64,000 nucleotides of DNA, taken from Vicinamibacteria bacterium (GTDB lineage: Bacteria > Acidobacteriota > Vicinamibacteria > Marinacidobacterales > Marinacidobacteraceae). Position 1 is the stretch's first letter, and each line of letters begins with the position of its first letter. Location: assembly GCA_963422395.1 (NCBI GenBank), contig OY729431.1:2752001-2816000 (forward strand), given 5' to 3'. The notes under the pieces were generated by a model. The model worked only from the letters and a program-made list of their open reading frames with translations. It was not told where the DNA came from and searched no databases. Positions 35,535 to 46,806 of the stretch are shown here, piece after piece. Both the position numbers and the translations under genes were made by a program.

Positions 35535-38330
35535 TCAGAAAGCGTGACCGATGGTGAAATGCCACTGTCCGCGCCGGCCATCTCCGATGTCGCCGATCCG
35601 TATCCCGTAATCGAAACGAACCGGCCCCAGCGGGGTGTTCCAGCGCAGGCCGGCGCCGACATCGTGGCGCAGGTCGCGGAACCTGAAGGTTCGAACCTCC
35701 CCGTACACGCCGCCATGATCGGAAAACACCGCTCCCCGCAGGCTGCCGAAGATCGGGAATCGCACTTCGAGGTTTCCGATGATCAGCAGGTTGCCGCCGA
35801 GCGGGTACCCGCTTTCGTCGAGCGGACCGCCTCGATCCAGTCGGAAACCCCGCAGCGTGGTGGCGCCTCCCGCGAAGAATCTCTCGGTGATCGGAACGAG
35901 GGCGGGCGCATCGTCCCCCATCGTCCAAGCCATTCCCAGACGGCCTGCGGCAGCGAAGACGACCTGCCCGCCGAGCGGAAAGAACAGATACTGCTGTCCC
36001 AGACCCTTGATGAAGGGCGCCCTCGATCCCAACAGTGCGGACGACCATTTCAGGTCCACGATCCCGAACCGCCCCTCCCGGGGATCTACCGGATCGTCCC
36101 GGGTGTCGGAAACCGCCGACACCGAGATCGAGGAAAGCCAGAGATCATCTGCGAAGCTGCGATCGATCTGGTTGGGATGGATCTTGAGGTCGGAGAGTTC
36201 GCTCGTCGTGAAATCGTAGCGAAAGAACAGATCACGGCCCAGGACGCGACGGGTGAACTGCACCCCGACACCGGTCCGGACGAAGTCGAGACTCTCCCGA
36301 TCCTGCGCTTCCCGAAAGGCACTGATGAACACCGGAACATTGCCGGCCACATTTTCGGCTCCCCGATAGGTGGCGACGATGCGGTTCCCCTTCAGCGAGA
36401 GCCGGGCGAAAAGGCTCAGGGTGTGATTCCGGCCGAAGAGGTTGTTTCGGGTCCACTCCGCCTCTCCGCGAATCTGTTCCCGCTCGCTGTAACCAGCGCC
36501 GTAACCGATACTGGTGCGCGGCCCCTCCACCACGCGGATCAGCACATTGCGTTCACTGACCGGCTCCTCCGGATCGAGAAGGGTGACCTCCACCGTTCGG
36601 AAAATGCCCATGGCGACGAGACGCCGACGCACTTCGAGAATGTCCTCTCGGCCGAGGGGGTCGCCTTCCTCGAAGGGAAGCCGCCCGCGCACTGCGGATT
36701 CCCTGGTCGCTTCGAGCCCGGCGATCACGATGCCGCCGACGGTGAAGTAATCGCCCCGGTGGATCTGGAACCGGACCTCGGCCCGGTGAGAAACCGGATC
36801 CACGGGAACCTGGACTTCGAGGACCGCTTCGAGGAACCCCCGATTCCGGTAGAACGACTCGAGGCTCTTGCGCGCCGTCACGATCTCCTCCGCCACATAG
36901 GGCGAGCCCGTCTGCAACCCGGAAATTTCGAGAAGCTCGGCGGGCGGGAACGGGCCGCGGCCCTCGAACCGGACTTCGCCGACGGTAGCCGCGGGACCCG
37001 CGTCGATCCGGACGATCAGCTCCAGGGGGAGCGTGCCCGCTTCGGGGGGTGCCGGAACGATCTCCGGTTCCACTTCGGCCTGGAAGAAACCACGCCGCCG
37101 CAGGGCGCGGCGGAGTCCGTCCACCGTAGCGGACCATTCCCGCTCGCGGAACGGCATGCCGGCGCGTAGCGGCGACAGTACGGCCGATACGGTCTCCGCT
37201 TCGCCAGGAGGAACGCCGCGTGCCGACGCCGTGCCGATCGAGAATCGGGGGCCGGGCGCCAACGAAAACCGAATGATGCGCAGCCGGCCCTCTTCGAGGT
37301 CCGTGCTCTGCACTTCCACTCGCGCCCTCCGGTGTCCGTCCCGCCGCAAGTCGTCCAGCAGTTCCCGGCGAGTCTCTTCGAGAGTGTCCGGAGTGAGCCG
37401 TCGCTCCGACAGGCGAGCAGCCGCAGCACGTTCTCTCCGGTCCGAGGAGCCTGGACCTTCGAGGGCGATCCGGATCTCGGGCCCCGCATCGACCATGAGC
37501 CGAAGCCGAACCTCGGCGGGGTTCACGACATCGAAATCGAGGCGCGCGGTACTGGCGAGAAACCCCCGGTCCCGAAGGAGCTGCTGCACCGCGGGCAGCC
37601 GCGCTTCGATCTCCACCTCGGACCAGGGTCGTCCGGTGGATATCCCGAGGGTCCGACGCAGCTCGCCGCCGAGCGCCGGGGGGACGCCTTCGACGCGCAA
37701 GGAGACGACCTGTGCCCGGGGGCCCGGGTCGAGGAACGCTTCGAGGACCAGATCCCGGCCCGCAGCCGTGGACCGAATCTCGATTTCGGCCGCGAGGTAC
37801 CCGATGGATCGCAGCCACGCCTCGGCTGCCTCGGCTCGGAGACGCAGATCAGGGAGGGGTTCTCCGATCTCGATAGCCAGCGCCGCGGTGAGATCCTCGA
37901 TCTCGCCGCGCGGGGCGCCGTGGATCTCCATGCGCGCGACCCTCGGAATCGGATCCAGCTCGAACACCAGTCCGAGTCTGCCCGCCGGAGTGGTGTGGGG
38001 CAGCACCCGGACATCTCGAAAACGGCCCAGAGCGAAGATCTGTTTCACCGACTCTCGCACGGCGAGAGGGCGGAGCCGCGCTCCGGGCCGCACCGAGATC
38101 AGTCGCGAGACTGCTTCCGGCACTGGTTCGACGCTCCCGTCAGCCCACACGACTGTGACCGACTCCACCTGGCGCGAGGCCGGATCGTTCGGCAGTTGCC
38201 CGAACCCCGCGGGCGGCCCGCCGCTCGCCAACCCGCCACCCAGCAACACCGCGACGAAGGCCCCCGCAGACAGTGCGCCCGCCCGCAGACGGGGCGGGTC
38301 AGAAGCTGCGGTGGAAACGGACATCCACAC
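35535..38330 (-). CDS. Omp85 family (BamA/TamA-like) outer membrane protein
   Basis: several POTRA-like repeats (GYL/GFL motifs), FFAGGATTLRGF, TPLGPVRFDYG, C-terminal Phe. Confidence 0.92.
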   Translation of the reverse strand: MWMSVSTAASDPPRLRAGALSAGAFVAVLLGGGLASGGPPAGFGQLPNDPASRQVESVTVVWADGSVEPVPEAVSRLISVRPGARLRPLAVRESVKQIFALGRFRDVRVLPHTTPAGRLGLVFELDPIPRVARMEIHGAPRGEIEDLTAALAIEIGEPLPDLRLRAEAAEAWLRSIGYLAAEIEIRSTAAGRDLVLEAFLDPGPRAQVVSLRVEGVPPALGGELRRTLGISTGRPWSEVEIEARLPAVQQLLRDRGFLASTARLDFDVVNPAEVRLRLMVDAGPEIRIALEGPGSSDRRERAAAARLSERRLTPDTLEETRRELLDDLRRDGHRRARVEVQSTDLEEGRLRIIRFSLAPGPRFSIGTASARGVPPGEAETVSAVLSPLRAGMPFREREWSATVDGLRRALRRRGFFQAEVEPEIVPAPPEAGTLPLELIVRIDAGPAATVGEVRFEGRGPFPPAELLEISGLQTGSPYVAEEIVTARKSLESFYRNRGFLEAVLEVQVPVDPVSHRAEVRFQIHRGDYFTVGGIVIAGLEATRESAVRGRLPFEEGDPLGREDILEVRRRLVAMGIFRTVEVTLLDPEEPVSERNVLIRVVEGPRTSIGYGAGYSEREQIRGEAEWTRNNLFGRNHTLSLFARLSLKGNRIVATYRGAENVAGNVPVFISAFREAQDRESLDFVRTGVGVQFTRRVLGRDLFFRYDFTTSELSDLKIHPNQIDRSFADDLWLSSISVSAVSDTRDDPVDPREGRFGIVDLKWSSALLGSRAPFIKGLGQQYLFFPLGGQVVFAAAGRLGMAWTMGDDAPALVPITERFFAGGATTLRGFRLDRGGPLDESGYPLGGNLLIIGNLEVRFPIFGSLRGAVFSDHGGVYGEVRTFRFRDLRHDVGAGLRWNTPLGPVRFDYGIRIGDIGDGRRGQWHFTIGHAF

Positions 38331-41300
38331 TCAGCGAACCATCCTGGTCGCGGGAGAAGATCCACGAGACCGGTCCGCGGGGCGTGTATTCGACCAGAAT
38401 GACGGACTCCTCCGCCGAGGAAAGGCTGGACGAGTACCGCACATTCAAGTCGCGGGAAATCTGTTTGCCCAGAGTCACTCTAGCGGTGGGGTTGCTGAAA
38501 CGGCCGATCAGGAACGGATCGATGCTCAGCCGATCGATTCCGAACACCCGGCCGGCCCGCCGGCCGATCATGTTGCTCAACTGCTGCCCGAGCAGGCTCG
38601 CCGCGGAAGCTGCAGCGACATCGTCGTCGCTCGCCGAAGTGAGCAGATCCTGCTCGGGAGCCCCCAAGAGCAGACGGAGGATGTCCGCTTCGCGGAGCGG
38701 GGGGTCGGAGCTCAGGTTCGCGTCGATTTGCTCCACGCTCCCGGAGGCCCGCAGACGAACCCGATAGCTCCGCACGCTGGTTTCGGCTTCGATGTCGAAC
38801 ACCGGCTCGATCCCCTCGGGATCGATGAAGTCAGCACGCCCGGAAGTGACCTGGAAACGGTGGGCTCCGAAATACACCTCGCCCCCGACGAGGTCGGCGC
38901 GGCCCAGCACCGCTGGCGATCCGGCAGTGCCGCGCAGGCCGAAACCGGCCATGGCGTCGAGCTGGAAGACGGAGTTGCGCACCGCGAACGGCGAGTCCGT
39001 TTCCACCCGTACATCCATCCGCAGATCGTTCAGAAATGTGCGGCCGCCGGCTTCGGCAGGCCCGGCCACGGTATCGATGTCGGCGAGAATGCTCGCGAAC
39101 AGTTCGTACTCCCGGCTCCAGACGGCATCATCGAGCCGAACTTCTCCGGAGAGCAGCCGCCCCCCGCGATCACCCACCACGCGCAGATCAGCGTCCACCG
39201 TGGCGCTCAGATCACGAGGGTAGCGGAGCCTCGAACCGGCGAGCTGGACGCGCAGGTCCATGACGCCCAATGCCGCATCTTCGATGGAAATCGAACCGGA
39301 TACCACAGCGTCGCCGGAGCCCATCGTCCCGATCACCTCGGCGATACGAAGCGTCCGCTGATCGAAAGTGATCGACCCCTCCACTTCCTGGAGCGCGTGC
39401 GGAAAATCCTCGATGCGAAAAGCACCGTTCCGGATGTTCCCCTGGCCGAGCACTTCGGGAGCGGACCAGGGACCGACGAGCTCGGCATCGAGATCGAACT
39501 GGCCCTCGGCGGTGAGCCCGGGGACGAACTGCGCAACGGCCAGCAACGAGGTCTGCCCGGACAGACTCAGGTCCAGCGATTCGTCATCGAGCCCCACGGT
39601 GCCGGCGAGCTCCACCCGGCTCTCGCCCTGGACCAGGCCGAACCGCTCGATATGGACGCGCCCGTCCTCGAGCCGTATCTCCGCCGGTCCGGTGGTGGCC
39701 GCCGAAAAACCGGGGGTCGAGATCCGGAGCTCCTCGAGGGCCGCCGTACCGGTCATCCACTCGTCACCGGGATCCTCGATATGGAAGTCTCCCGCGCCGC
39801 TCACCACGATCGAGATGCCGCGTTCCGCTGCGGTGTCGAAAAGAAGCGGTGCTACCTCCACTTCCCGGATCGTCACCGTTCCGGCCCCATCGGTCCCGAA
39901 CGGCACGACTCCGGCCATCCGGAACGACGCCGCACCCGAATCCAGAGAGCCGCTGCCCTCGAAAGCGCCCCCCCGCACCGCACCGGAGATCGTGCCCGGG
40001 CCGAGCGGCAGGTCGAGCACCGAAGCCGCCGGGGCGCGCGCTTCCAGACGGAGCTCCGGGGCCAGCAGGTCGCCGCCGATGACCAGCCGGAAATCGGAGC
40101 GGATGGAGATCCACTCGGGCGCCAGGCCGGGCGTCAACGGGTAATCGCTGCCGGTGATGCGGCCGTCCAACTCCCAGGCCACGAGCCCGATGTCCAGGGC
40201 CCCCTCCGCCGTTCCTCCGCGAAAGATTCCGCGCATCGGTGAGAGCCGCGCCTTTTCGCCGTCCAGATTCCACGCGACCTGTATTTCGTCGAAGGGCTGC
40301 TCGAGAACGGTGGTGTCGAAGCCAGCCACCCTGCCGCCGCCGGCGTAGCGCTCGTCGGTACGCACGGTTTCGCTTCGACCGCTGGCGATCCCGGTCACTT
40401 CGAGGTCCCACTCCAGGAAGTCGATGAGCTCGCGGGCATCCCAACTTTCCCACGAAGCTTCGAACTCCATGTCGGGAAACTCGTCGGGCCCCCGGGCGAA
40501 GATCCCGGAAGCGGCGATCCGGGATTCCCCGCGGCGGGCGCGCAGCCCGTCGAGCCAGATCCGATCGCGGCTGACCCGGCCGATCGCCAGGAGGGTGTCC
40601 GTGTGGATCGTGGAGAACCGCATGCGCCGTCCTTCGACTTCGCCTTCGATGATCAGATCCGGCCAGCGGCCTTCGACAGTCCCTTCGAAGCCTCCACCAC
40701 CGGAGACATCCCACTGGGTGGTTTCGGGTTCCTCACCGGATAGCACCCGCCGTATCTCCTGCTGCAGCGCATCCAGCTCCGCGGATTCGCCGGCCAGCGC
40801 ACTCACCGAGAAACGGGCGGGGCCCACGCGGGGGTAGTTTCCTCGGACGGACCCGCGAAAGGCCTCCCCCTCGACCATCAACTGTTCGACGGCGGCCCCC
40901 TCCTGGTCCACGAGGAGTTCGACCGAAAACCCCAGGGGCAACTCGCCGGGAGCTCCGGACGGGACTCCAGCCGGGCTCGTGCCGGTCGCCTGAATCTCTC
41001 CGGTCATCAGGAGCGGATCGGCGAGCGGCAGCAGGAGCTCCGCGTCCAGCGAAACTCGGGACCTCAGGGTGGTCTCGGTTCCGAACAGCCCCGACATCGC
41101 TGCCGCAAGCGATCCATCGCTGACCGCAAGCCCGATGACTGCCGGGTTCTCTTCTCGCGGCTGCTGCTGGAGCAGGCTCAATTGGGCGGCTCCGGCGGCC
41201 AGCAACCCTTCCGACGACACGATCTCGATGCGGTCCGGATCCCAGTGCAGCACCCCGCGCCAATCCTGAAGGGGAACGCCGTAGAAGTGACCCGCCGGCA

Positions 41301-42222
41301 ATTCGAAATCACCATCCACCGCCAGGCCGTTCTCCTGGAATCGGGCTGTTCCCTCGAAGGCGAACCCTGGATCTCCTGCAGTGTCGAGCCCGCTGAAATC
41401 GAAGAGGAACCGGCTGAGTCCGCCCGCGTCGCCGCTGCCCGTCATCTTCAGCGGCTCGGCTAGATCGCCCCCGAAATCCAGGGTGCCCTCCATGGCTACC
41501 TCGAGGAGATCGGAGCGGAGGTCCACGAGGTCCAGGTAGAGCCGATCTCCCCGAATCCGAAAAGAAGCCGTCAGCTCCAGGGGAAGCTCCGACCGCTCCC
41601 ACAGGCGGATGACGCCTCGTCCGGAGCGGATGCCTCCGTCCACGCCGCCGGCTCCGTCGGCGCGGAAATCCAGAGCGACATCGTCCGCCCGAATCTCCCA
41701 CGGGGTGGGGCGATTCCGGTAGCCGACGGTCTTGCCGAAGACCGACATGCGGTCCGAGGAAAACGAGAGCCGAGCCGTCAGCGCCTGGAGTCCCTGGCCG
41801 AGCGGCGGTCCGGCGGGTGCGGGACGACCGCCGTCATCCAGTCCCCAGAGGCCGACTCCCTCCACCGCCAGACTCTCGAGATGCAGGCGAGTGGGAATCA
41901 ACGACCGCCAACTCAGACGGCCCCGTACCGCATCCACCGAAAAAGCCGGCGGCGGCGGCCCGACCGGAGAGGGGTCCCGGCCGATCTGCAAGCCGCGAAA
42001 CGCGAACCGGCCGTCTGGCAGCGAAAGCGTGACGCCGGACAGGGCGACCGGGCGTCCGAACGCAGCGGAAAGCCTCGCGCTCATGAATCCTGTCAGCCAG
42101 GGGGAGTCCACCTGGAAACCGCGGATGCCGAGGAAGAAGGCGAAAACCACCAAGGCGAAAACGCCGAGGAAGAGCGCCGCCCACCACCGAAAGCGGCGCT
42201 GCGGCTTCCCGGAATCGGTCAC
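38299..42222 (-). CDS. TamB/AsmA-like protein
   Basis: N-terminal TM anchor, long beta-rich body, LSSDPPL and VTLGKQIS in a DUF490-like C-terminus; overlaps the Omp85 gene. Confidence 0.88.
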   Translation of the reverse strand: MTDSGKPQRRFRWWAALFLGVFALVVFAFFLGIRGFQVDSPWLTGFMSARLSAAFGRPVALSGVTLSLPDGRFAFRGLQIGRDPSPVGPPPPAFSVDAVRGRLSWRSLIPTRLHLESLAVEGVGLWGLDDGGRPAPAGPPLGQGLQALTARLSFSSDRMSVFGKTVGYRNRPTPWEIRADDVALDFRADGAGGVDGGIRSGRGVIRLWERSELPLELTASFRIRGDRLYLDLVDLRSDLLEVAMEGTLDFGGDLAEPLKMTGSGDAGGLSRFLFDFSGLDTAGDPGFAFEGTARFQENGLAVDGDFELPAGHFYGVPLQDWRGVLHWDPDRIEIVSSEGLLAAGAAQLSLLQQQPREENPAVIGLAVSDGSLAAAMSGLFGTETTLRSRVSLDAELLLPLADPLLMTGEIQATGTSPAGVPSGAPGELPLGFSVELLVDQEGAAVEQLMVEGEAFRGSVRGNYPRVGPARFSVSALAGESAELDALQQEIRRVLSGEEPETTQWDVSGGGGFEGTVEGRWPDLIIEGEVEGRRMRFSTIHTDTLLAIGRVSRDRIWLDGLRARRGESRIAASGIFARGPDEFPDMEFEASWESWDARELIDFLEWDLEVTGIASGRSETVRTDERYAGGGRVAGFDTTVLEQPFDEIQVAWNLDGEKARLSPMRGIFRGGTAEGALDIGLVAWELDGRITGSDYPLTPGLAPEWISIRSDFRLVIGGDLLAPELRLEARAPAASVLDLPLGPGTISGAVRGGAFEGSGSLDSGAASFRMAGVVPFGTDGAGTVTIREVEVAPLLFDTAAERGISIVVSGAGDFHIEDPGDEWMTGTAALEELRISTPGFSAATTGPAEIRLEDGRVHIERFGLVQGESRVELAGTVGLDDESLDLSLSGQTSLLAVAQFVPGLTAEGQFDLDAELVGPWSAPEVLGQGNIRNGAFRIEDFPHALQEVEGSITFDQRTLRIAEVIGTMGSGDAVVSGSISIEDAALGVMDLRVQLAGSRLRYPRDLSATVDADLRVVGDRGGRLLSGEVRLDDAVWSREYELFASILADIDTVAGPAEAGGRTFLNDLRMDVRVETDSPFAVRNSVFQLDAMAGFGLRGTAGSPAVLGRADLVGGEVYFGAHRFQVTSGRADFIDPEGIEPVFDIEAETSVRSYRVRLRASGSVEQIDANLSSDPPLREADILRLLLGAPEQDLLTSASDDDVAAASAASLLGQQLSNMIGRRAGRVFGIDRLSIDPFLIGRFSNPTARVTLGKQISRDLNVRYSSSLSSAEESVILVEYTPRGPVSWIFSRDQDGSLSVDVRFHRSF

Positions 42223-42746
42223 GAAGACGAGACAGGCTCCACGGAGAACAACGATTCGCCGCCCTTGAGGTGGGTTCCGGCGGAAACCTTCATGGTAGCG
42301 ATCACACCGGTCGCGGGCGCCGGGATCTCGTTCTGCATCTTCATCGCCTCGAGGACCAGGACGCCGTCTCCTGCCTCGACCGAATCTCCTTCAGCGCGCA
42401 GAATTCGGACCACTCTTCCGGGCATCGGCGTCCGCACTTCGTTCCCACCGGCGGCGCCGCCGCGGGCGCGGAGCGGTCCCCCGGAGCCGGAAGCGGCTCC
42501 GGCGCGCCGAGAGTCGAATCGAAAGGACTCTCCTTCGATCTGGACGATCACATTTCCGGAACGGTCCCGGGTAACTCCCGCTTCCAGCGTGCGCCTTCCC
42601 TGACGGACACAGAAGCCGCCCGGCAGCGGAGAGGCGGAGGCCACGACATCCACCCCGTCCCCGAGGAGCCGAAGGCGAAGGCCGTCCCCTTCGGGAAACG
42701 CCTCCGCTCGGAATTCGCGCCCTTCGAGCGACAGGACGAGGCGCAT
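42219..42746 (-). CDS. biotin carboxyl carrier protein
   Basis: PMPGRVV...EAMKMQNEI biotinylation motif. Confidence 0.92.
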   Translation of the reverse strand: MRLVLSLEGREFRAEAFPEGDGLRLRLLGDGVDVVASASPLPGGFCVRQGRRTLEAGVTRDRSGNVIVQIEGESFRFDSRRAGAASGSGGPLRARGGAAGGNEVRTPMPGRVVRILRAEGDSVEAGDGVLVLEAMKMQNEIPAPATGVIATMKVSAGTHLKGGESLFSVEPVSSS

Positions 42747-44263
42747 CAGAGCCGGCCCCGATGCGCCTCGGAGAGGCTGGCGGCGAGCCATCTCGAAACG
42801 GCAGCTGCAGGGACGCGCACCGTCCGACCCTCGCTGCGGCAGACCTCGGCGGCCGCGGCGGCGACAGCGAAGGTTCGAAGGGCAGCACGAGGAGAGGATC
42901 CCTCCTCTCCGGACTCGGACAGCGAGCGCTGCCATCGATTCTCGAGGAACCCGGTGTCGAACTCCCCGCTGCGGAAGGGCTCCCCGGCCAATACCCGCTC
43001 GAAGAAGGGGAGCGTAGAAGCCACCCCGGTGAGGCGGGTTTCCCGGACCGCCCGCAGAGCCCGACTCCGCACCGCTTCGCGGTCGGGACCCGACACGATG
43101 ATCTTGGCGAGGAGAGGGTCGTAATGGGGAGAGACGACGCTTCCCGAAGCGATCCCGGCATCGCAGCGCACGCCGGGACCGCCCGGTGGGCGGAACTCCC
43201 GGATCCGACCGGTGGCGGGAAGGAATCCGGCGAATGGATCCTCCGCGGTGATCCGCAGTTCCAGCGCCGCGCCGCGAAACCTCACCTGGTCCTGGGAAAA
43301 CCCGAGAGGCTCGCCGGCAGCTACCCGCAACTGGAGAACCACCAGGTCGAGTCCGGTGCGCTCCTCGGTCACCGTATGTTCCACCTGAAGCCGGGCGTTC
43401 ATCTCGAGGAAGTAGTACCGCCCCCCGGAGTCGAGCAGGAACTCGACGGTTCCGGCGTTCCGGTATCCCGCGGCGGCGGCGAGGCGCAATGCGGCCTCAC
43501 TCATTTCCGTTCCGAGCTCGCGTCCGACAACCGGAGAGGGGCTTTCCTCGAGGAGCTTCTGGTTGCGCCGCTGGATGGAACAGTCCCGTTCCCCGAGATG
43601 GACGAGGCCTCCGTGATCGTCCCCGAAAATCTGGACCTCCACATGCCGGGGACGGTCCACGAACCGTTCGAGAAACACCCGTCGATCCCCGAACGCCGAT
43701 TCGGCTTCGGAGCGGGCTTCGGCAAAGGCGCTCTCCAGGCCGTCCGGCCCGCGCACGAGACGCATCCCCATTCCGCCCCCGCCGGCAGCCGCCTTGATGA
43801 GGAGCGGAAATCCGATCTCAGCGGCGGCGGTTCGCACTTCGGGAATCTCCTCGAGAACTGCGGAGCCAGCCACCACGGGAACACCGCAGCGGAGAGCGGC
43901 CGCCCGAGCGGCCGCCTTGTCTCCCATGAGGCGCATCGCCTCCGGAGAAGGGCCCACGAAAACCAGGCCGCGCTCGGCGCAGCGCGCGGCGAACGCCGCG
44001 TTCTCGGCGAGAAATCCGTACCCCGGATGGACTGCCTGCGCGCCCAGGGCCGCCGCAGCGTCGAGCACTCGTTCCGCATGGAGATAGCTGTCCCGCGAGG
44101 CGGCCTCTCCGATTTCGACGGACTCCTCCGCAAGCCGGACATGGAGTCCGCCGCGGTCGGCCTGCGAATGGACGGTGACCGGCGAAATCCCGAGGTCGCG
44201 ACAGGCGCGTATCACCCGCACCGCGATCTCACCGCGGTTCGCCACCAGGACCCGATCGAACAT
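42746..44263 (-). CDS. accC: biotin carboxylase subunit of acyl-CoA carboxylase
   Basis: VANRGEIA, HPGYGFLAEN, GGGGMGM, CSIQRR, EMNARLQVEH. Confidence 0.95.
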   Translation of the reverse strand: MFDRVLVANRGEIAVRVIRACRDLGISPVTVHSQADRGGLHVRLAEESVEIGEAASRDSYLHAERVLDAAAALGAQAVHPGYGFLAENAAFAARCAERGLVFVGPSPEAMRLMGDKAAARAAALRCGVPVVAGSAVLEEIPEVRTAAAEIGFPLLIKAAAGGGGMGMRLVRGPDGLESAFAEARSEAESAFGDRRVFLERFVDRPRHVEVQIFGDDHGGLVHLGERDCSIQRRNQKLLEESPSPVVGRELGTEMSEAALRLAAAAGYRNAGTVEFLLDSGGRYYFLEMNARLQVEHTVTEERTGLDLVVLQLRVAAGEPLGFSQDQVRFRGAALELRITAEDPFAGFLPATGRIREFRPPGGPGVRCDAGIASGSVVSPHYDPLLAKIIVSGPDREAVRSRALRAVRETRLTGVASTLPFFERVLAGEPFRSGEFDTGFLENRWQRSLSESGEEGSSPRAALRTFAVAAAAAEVCRSEGRTVRVPAAAVSRWLAASLSEAHRGRL

Positions 44264-44432
44264 CGGGGGTTCAGCGGCCGGCCCTCGCGCTGCAGCAAAC
44301 CGGCGCCCCGGGGCCGCCCCGGAACATCTGGCCGAAGCCCTGGGCCTCAGCGAGGTGCTGCATCGCCAAACTCCGGTACTCGGCGCGGCCGGGGCCGAAG
44401 CCAAGACGCAGGGTGCTTCGGCACGGACCGTG

Positions 44433-45998
44433 TCAGAGCGGGATGTTTCCGTGTTTGCGCGGCGGATTCCGGTCGCGCTTCGTCGAGAGAGATGCCAGGG
44501 CGGAGACCAATTTCCGCCGCGTGGAACTCGGCCGGATCACCTCGTCGAGATAGCCGCGCGCCGCTGCCACGTACGGGTTCGCGAAACGTTCCCGATAGGC
44601 GGCGACCCGCTCGCGGCGCGCCTCGCCGGGGTCTTCCGAATTTTCCAATTCGCGCGAATACAACACATTGACCGCACCTTCCGGCCCCATCACCGCGATT
44701 TCTGCTCCCGGCCAGGCGTAGTTGAGGTCCGTGCGGATGTGCTTGCTCGCCATGACACAGTAGGCCCCGCCGTACGCCTTGCGGGTGATGACCGTGACCT
44801 TCGGTACCGTGGCCTCGCAGAACGCATAGAGCAACTTGGCGCCGTGGCGGATGATCCCTCCCCACTCCTGCTGCGTCCCGGGGAGGAATCCGGGAACATC
44901 CTCGAAGACGACGAGAGGGATGTTGAAAGCGTCGCAGAACCGGACGAAACGCGCGCCTTTCACCGAAGCGTGGATGTCGAGAACTCCCGCGAGGACGGAT
45001 GGCTGGTTCGCCACCACCCCGACCGGAGCCCCATCGAGTCGGCCGAACCCGACCACCAGGTTGGCAGCATGGAATTGCTGGACCTCGAGGAAGAGGCCGT
45101 CGTCCAACACTTCCCCGAGGAGATCCTTCACATCGTAGGGCCGGTCCGGCTCTTCGGGGACCAGTCGGTCGAGCGACGGGATTTCGCGATCAGCCGGATC
45201 GGCGGTTTCCAGCCGCGGCGGCGGATCCAGGTTGTTCGAAGGCAGGAACGACAGGAGCCGCCGGATCAGGTCGAGGCATTCCTCGTCGTTCTCGCCGAGG
45301 AAATGGGCATTCCCGGAGACGGTGTTGTGGGTTTCGGCTCCACCGAGTTCCTCCATCGTCACCTCTTCGTGGGTGACCGTACGGATCACCTCGGGTCCGG
45401 TGACGAACATGTAACTCGTCCCGCGGGACATGATCGTGAAGTCGGTGATGGCCGGCGAATAGACCGCTCCGCCGGCACAGGGACCCAAAATCGCGGAGAT
45501 CTGAGGGACGACTCCTGACGCCAGCGTGTTGCGCAGGAAAATGTCGGCGTAGCCGGCCAGCGAAAGGACTCCCTCCTGGATCCTGGCTCCACCGGAGTCG
45601 TTGAGACCGATGATCGGCGCCCCCTGACGAACGGCGAGGTCCATGATCCGACAGATCTTGCCGGCGCACGCCTCGCTGAGCGAGCCTCCCAAAACCGTGA
45701 AATCCTGGGCGAACAGGTACACCAGGCGCCCCTCGATGCGGGCGTACCCGGTCACCACCCCATCCCCGGGATAACGGTGCTCCTCGAGGCCGAAGCCGCG
45801 GACCCGGTGCTCCACCAGGCGTCCCGTCTCCTCGAAGGAACCGGGGTCGGCGAGCGCGGCGATCCGGTCCCGCGCGGTAAGTCGTCCGGAACGCCGCTGC
45901 CGCTCGACGCGGGCCGCCCCTCCTCCCGCCTTCGCGCGGCGATCGCGCGACTCCAGCTCGGCGAAGGTCCCGGAGCGATCCTTTTCTTCGGCGGGCAC
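44433..45998 (-). CDS. pccB: acyl-CoA (propionyl-CoA) carboxylase, carboxyltransferase subunit
   Basis: [45 protein letters not shown]. Confidence 0.95.
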   Translation of the reverse strand: MPAEEKDRSGTFAELESRDRRAKAGGGAARVERQRRSGRLTARDRIAALADPGSFEETGRLVEHRVRGFGLEEHRYPGDGVVTGYARIEGRLVYLFAQDFTVLGGSLSEACAGKICRIMDLAVRQGAPIIGLNDSGGARIQEGVLSLAGYADIFLRNTLASGVVPQISAILGPCAGGAVYSPAITDFTIMSRGTSYMFVTGPEVIRTVTHEEVTMEELGGAETHNTVSGNAHFLGENDEECLDLIRRLLSFLPSNNLDPPPRLETADPADREIPSLDRLVPEEPDRPYDVKDLLGEVLDDGLFLEVQQFHAANLVVGFGRLDGAPVGVVANQPSVLAGVLDIHASVKGARFVRFCDAFNIPLVVFEDVPGFLPGTQQEWGGIIRHGAKLLYAFCEATVPKVTVITRKAYGGAYCVMASKHIRTDLNYAWPGAEIAVMGPEGAVNVLYSRELENSEDPGEARRERVAAYRERFANPYVAAARGYLDEVIRPSSTRRKLVSALASLSTKRDRNPPRKHGNIPL

Positions 45999-46024
45999 CT
46001 CAGCGAGGCCTCAGGCGCACCGGA

Positions 46025-46672
46025 TCAAGATACTCGGGCAGCTTCCCAGTCCGTGAGGAAACGCTCGATACCGAGATCCGTCAGCGGATGCCTGATGAGC
46101 AGGTCGAGCACCTTGGCGGGCATGGTGGCGATGTCGGCCCCGAGACGGGCCGCTTCGACCACATGGAGCGGATTGCGGATGCTCGCCACCAGTATCCGGG
46201 TCGGGTAGTCGTAATTGTCGAAGACCTCCCGGATGTCGGCGACGAGCTGCATGCCGGGAGCGGCGATGTCATCGAGACGGCCGACGAAGGGGCTCACGAT
46301 GGCGGCCCCGGCCTTGGCAGCGAAGAGCGCCTGCGGCAGGCTGAAACAGAGCGTCACATTGACGCGGATGTCCTGCTCCTTCAGCTCGCGGACAGCGCGC
46401 AATCCATCCGCCGTAAGCGGACACTTGACGATGATGTTGGGAGCGATCTCCGCCAGCCGGCGACCCTCCGCCACCATGCCGCGGGCATCGGCCGCCAGAA
46501 CCTCGGCGGAAACATCGCCGGGCACCAGCTCCGCGATCTTCCTCAGGATTTCCCGAGGATCACCGGATTCCCGCGCCATCAGGGATGGATTCGTGGTGAC
46601 CCCGTCCACCAGACCCATCGCCGCGGCGCGGGCGATATCGTCGAGGTTGGCGGTGTCGAGAAAGATCTGCAT
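46025..46672 (-). CDS. tal: transaldolase / fructose-6-phosphate aldolase family
   Basis: FLDTAN, GVTTNPSL, NVTLCFS, SPFVGRLDD, ASIR. Confidence 0.93.
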   Translation of the reverse strand: MQIFLDTANLDDIARAAAMGLVDGVTTNPSLMARESGDPREILRKIAELVPGDVSAEVLAADARGMVAEGRRLAEIAPNIIVKCPLTADGLRAVRELKEQDIRVNVTLCFSLPQALFAAKAGAAIVSPFVGRLDDIAAPGMQLVADIREVFDNYDYPTRILVASIRNPLHVVEAARLGADIATMPAKVLDLLIRHPLTDLGIERFLTDWEAARVS

Positions 46673-46806
46673 TCCCCTTCTCCGTCCGCCGCCCGGGCGC
46701 GGACTACTTGAACGACCCCGATCCCGGCGCCGATTCTACCTGCCGAATGCCGCGTCGGCCTGCTGCATCCGATCCCCGGCGAGCCGCATGCAGCCCGTGA
46801 ACGGAA

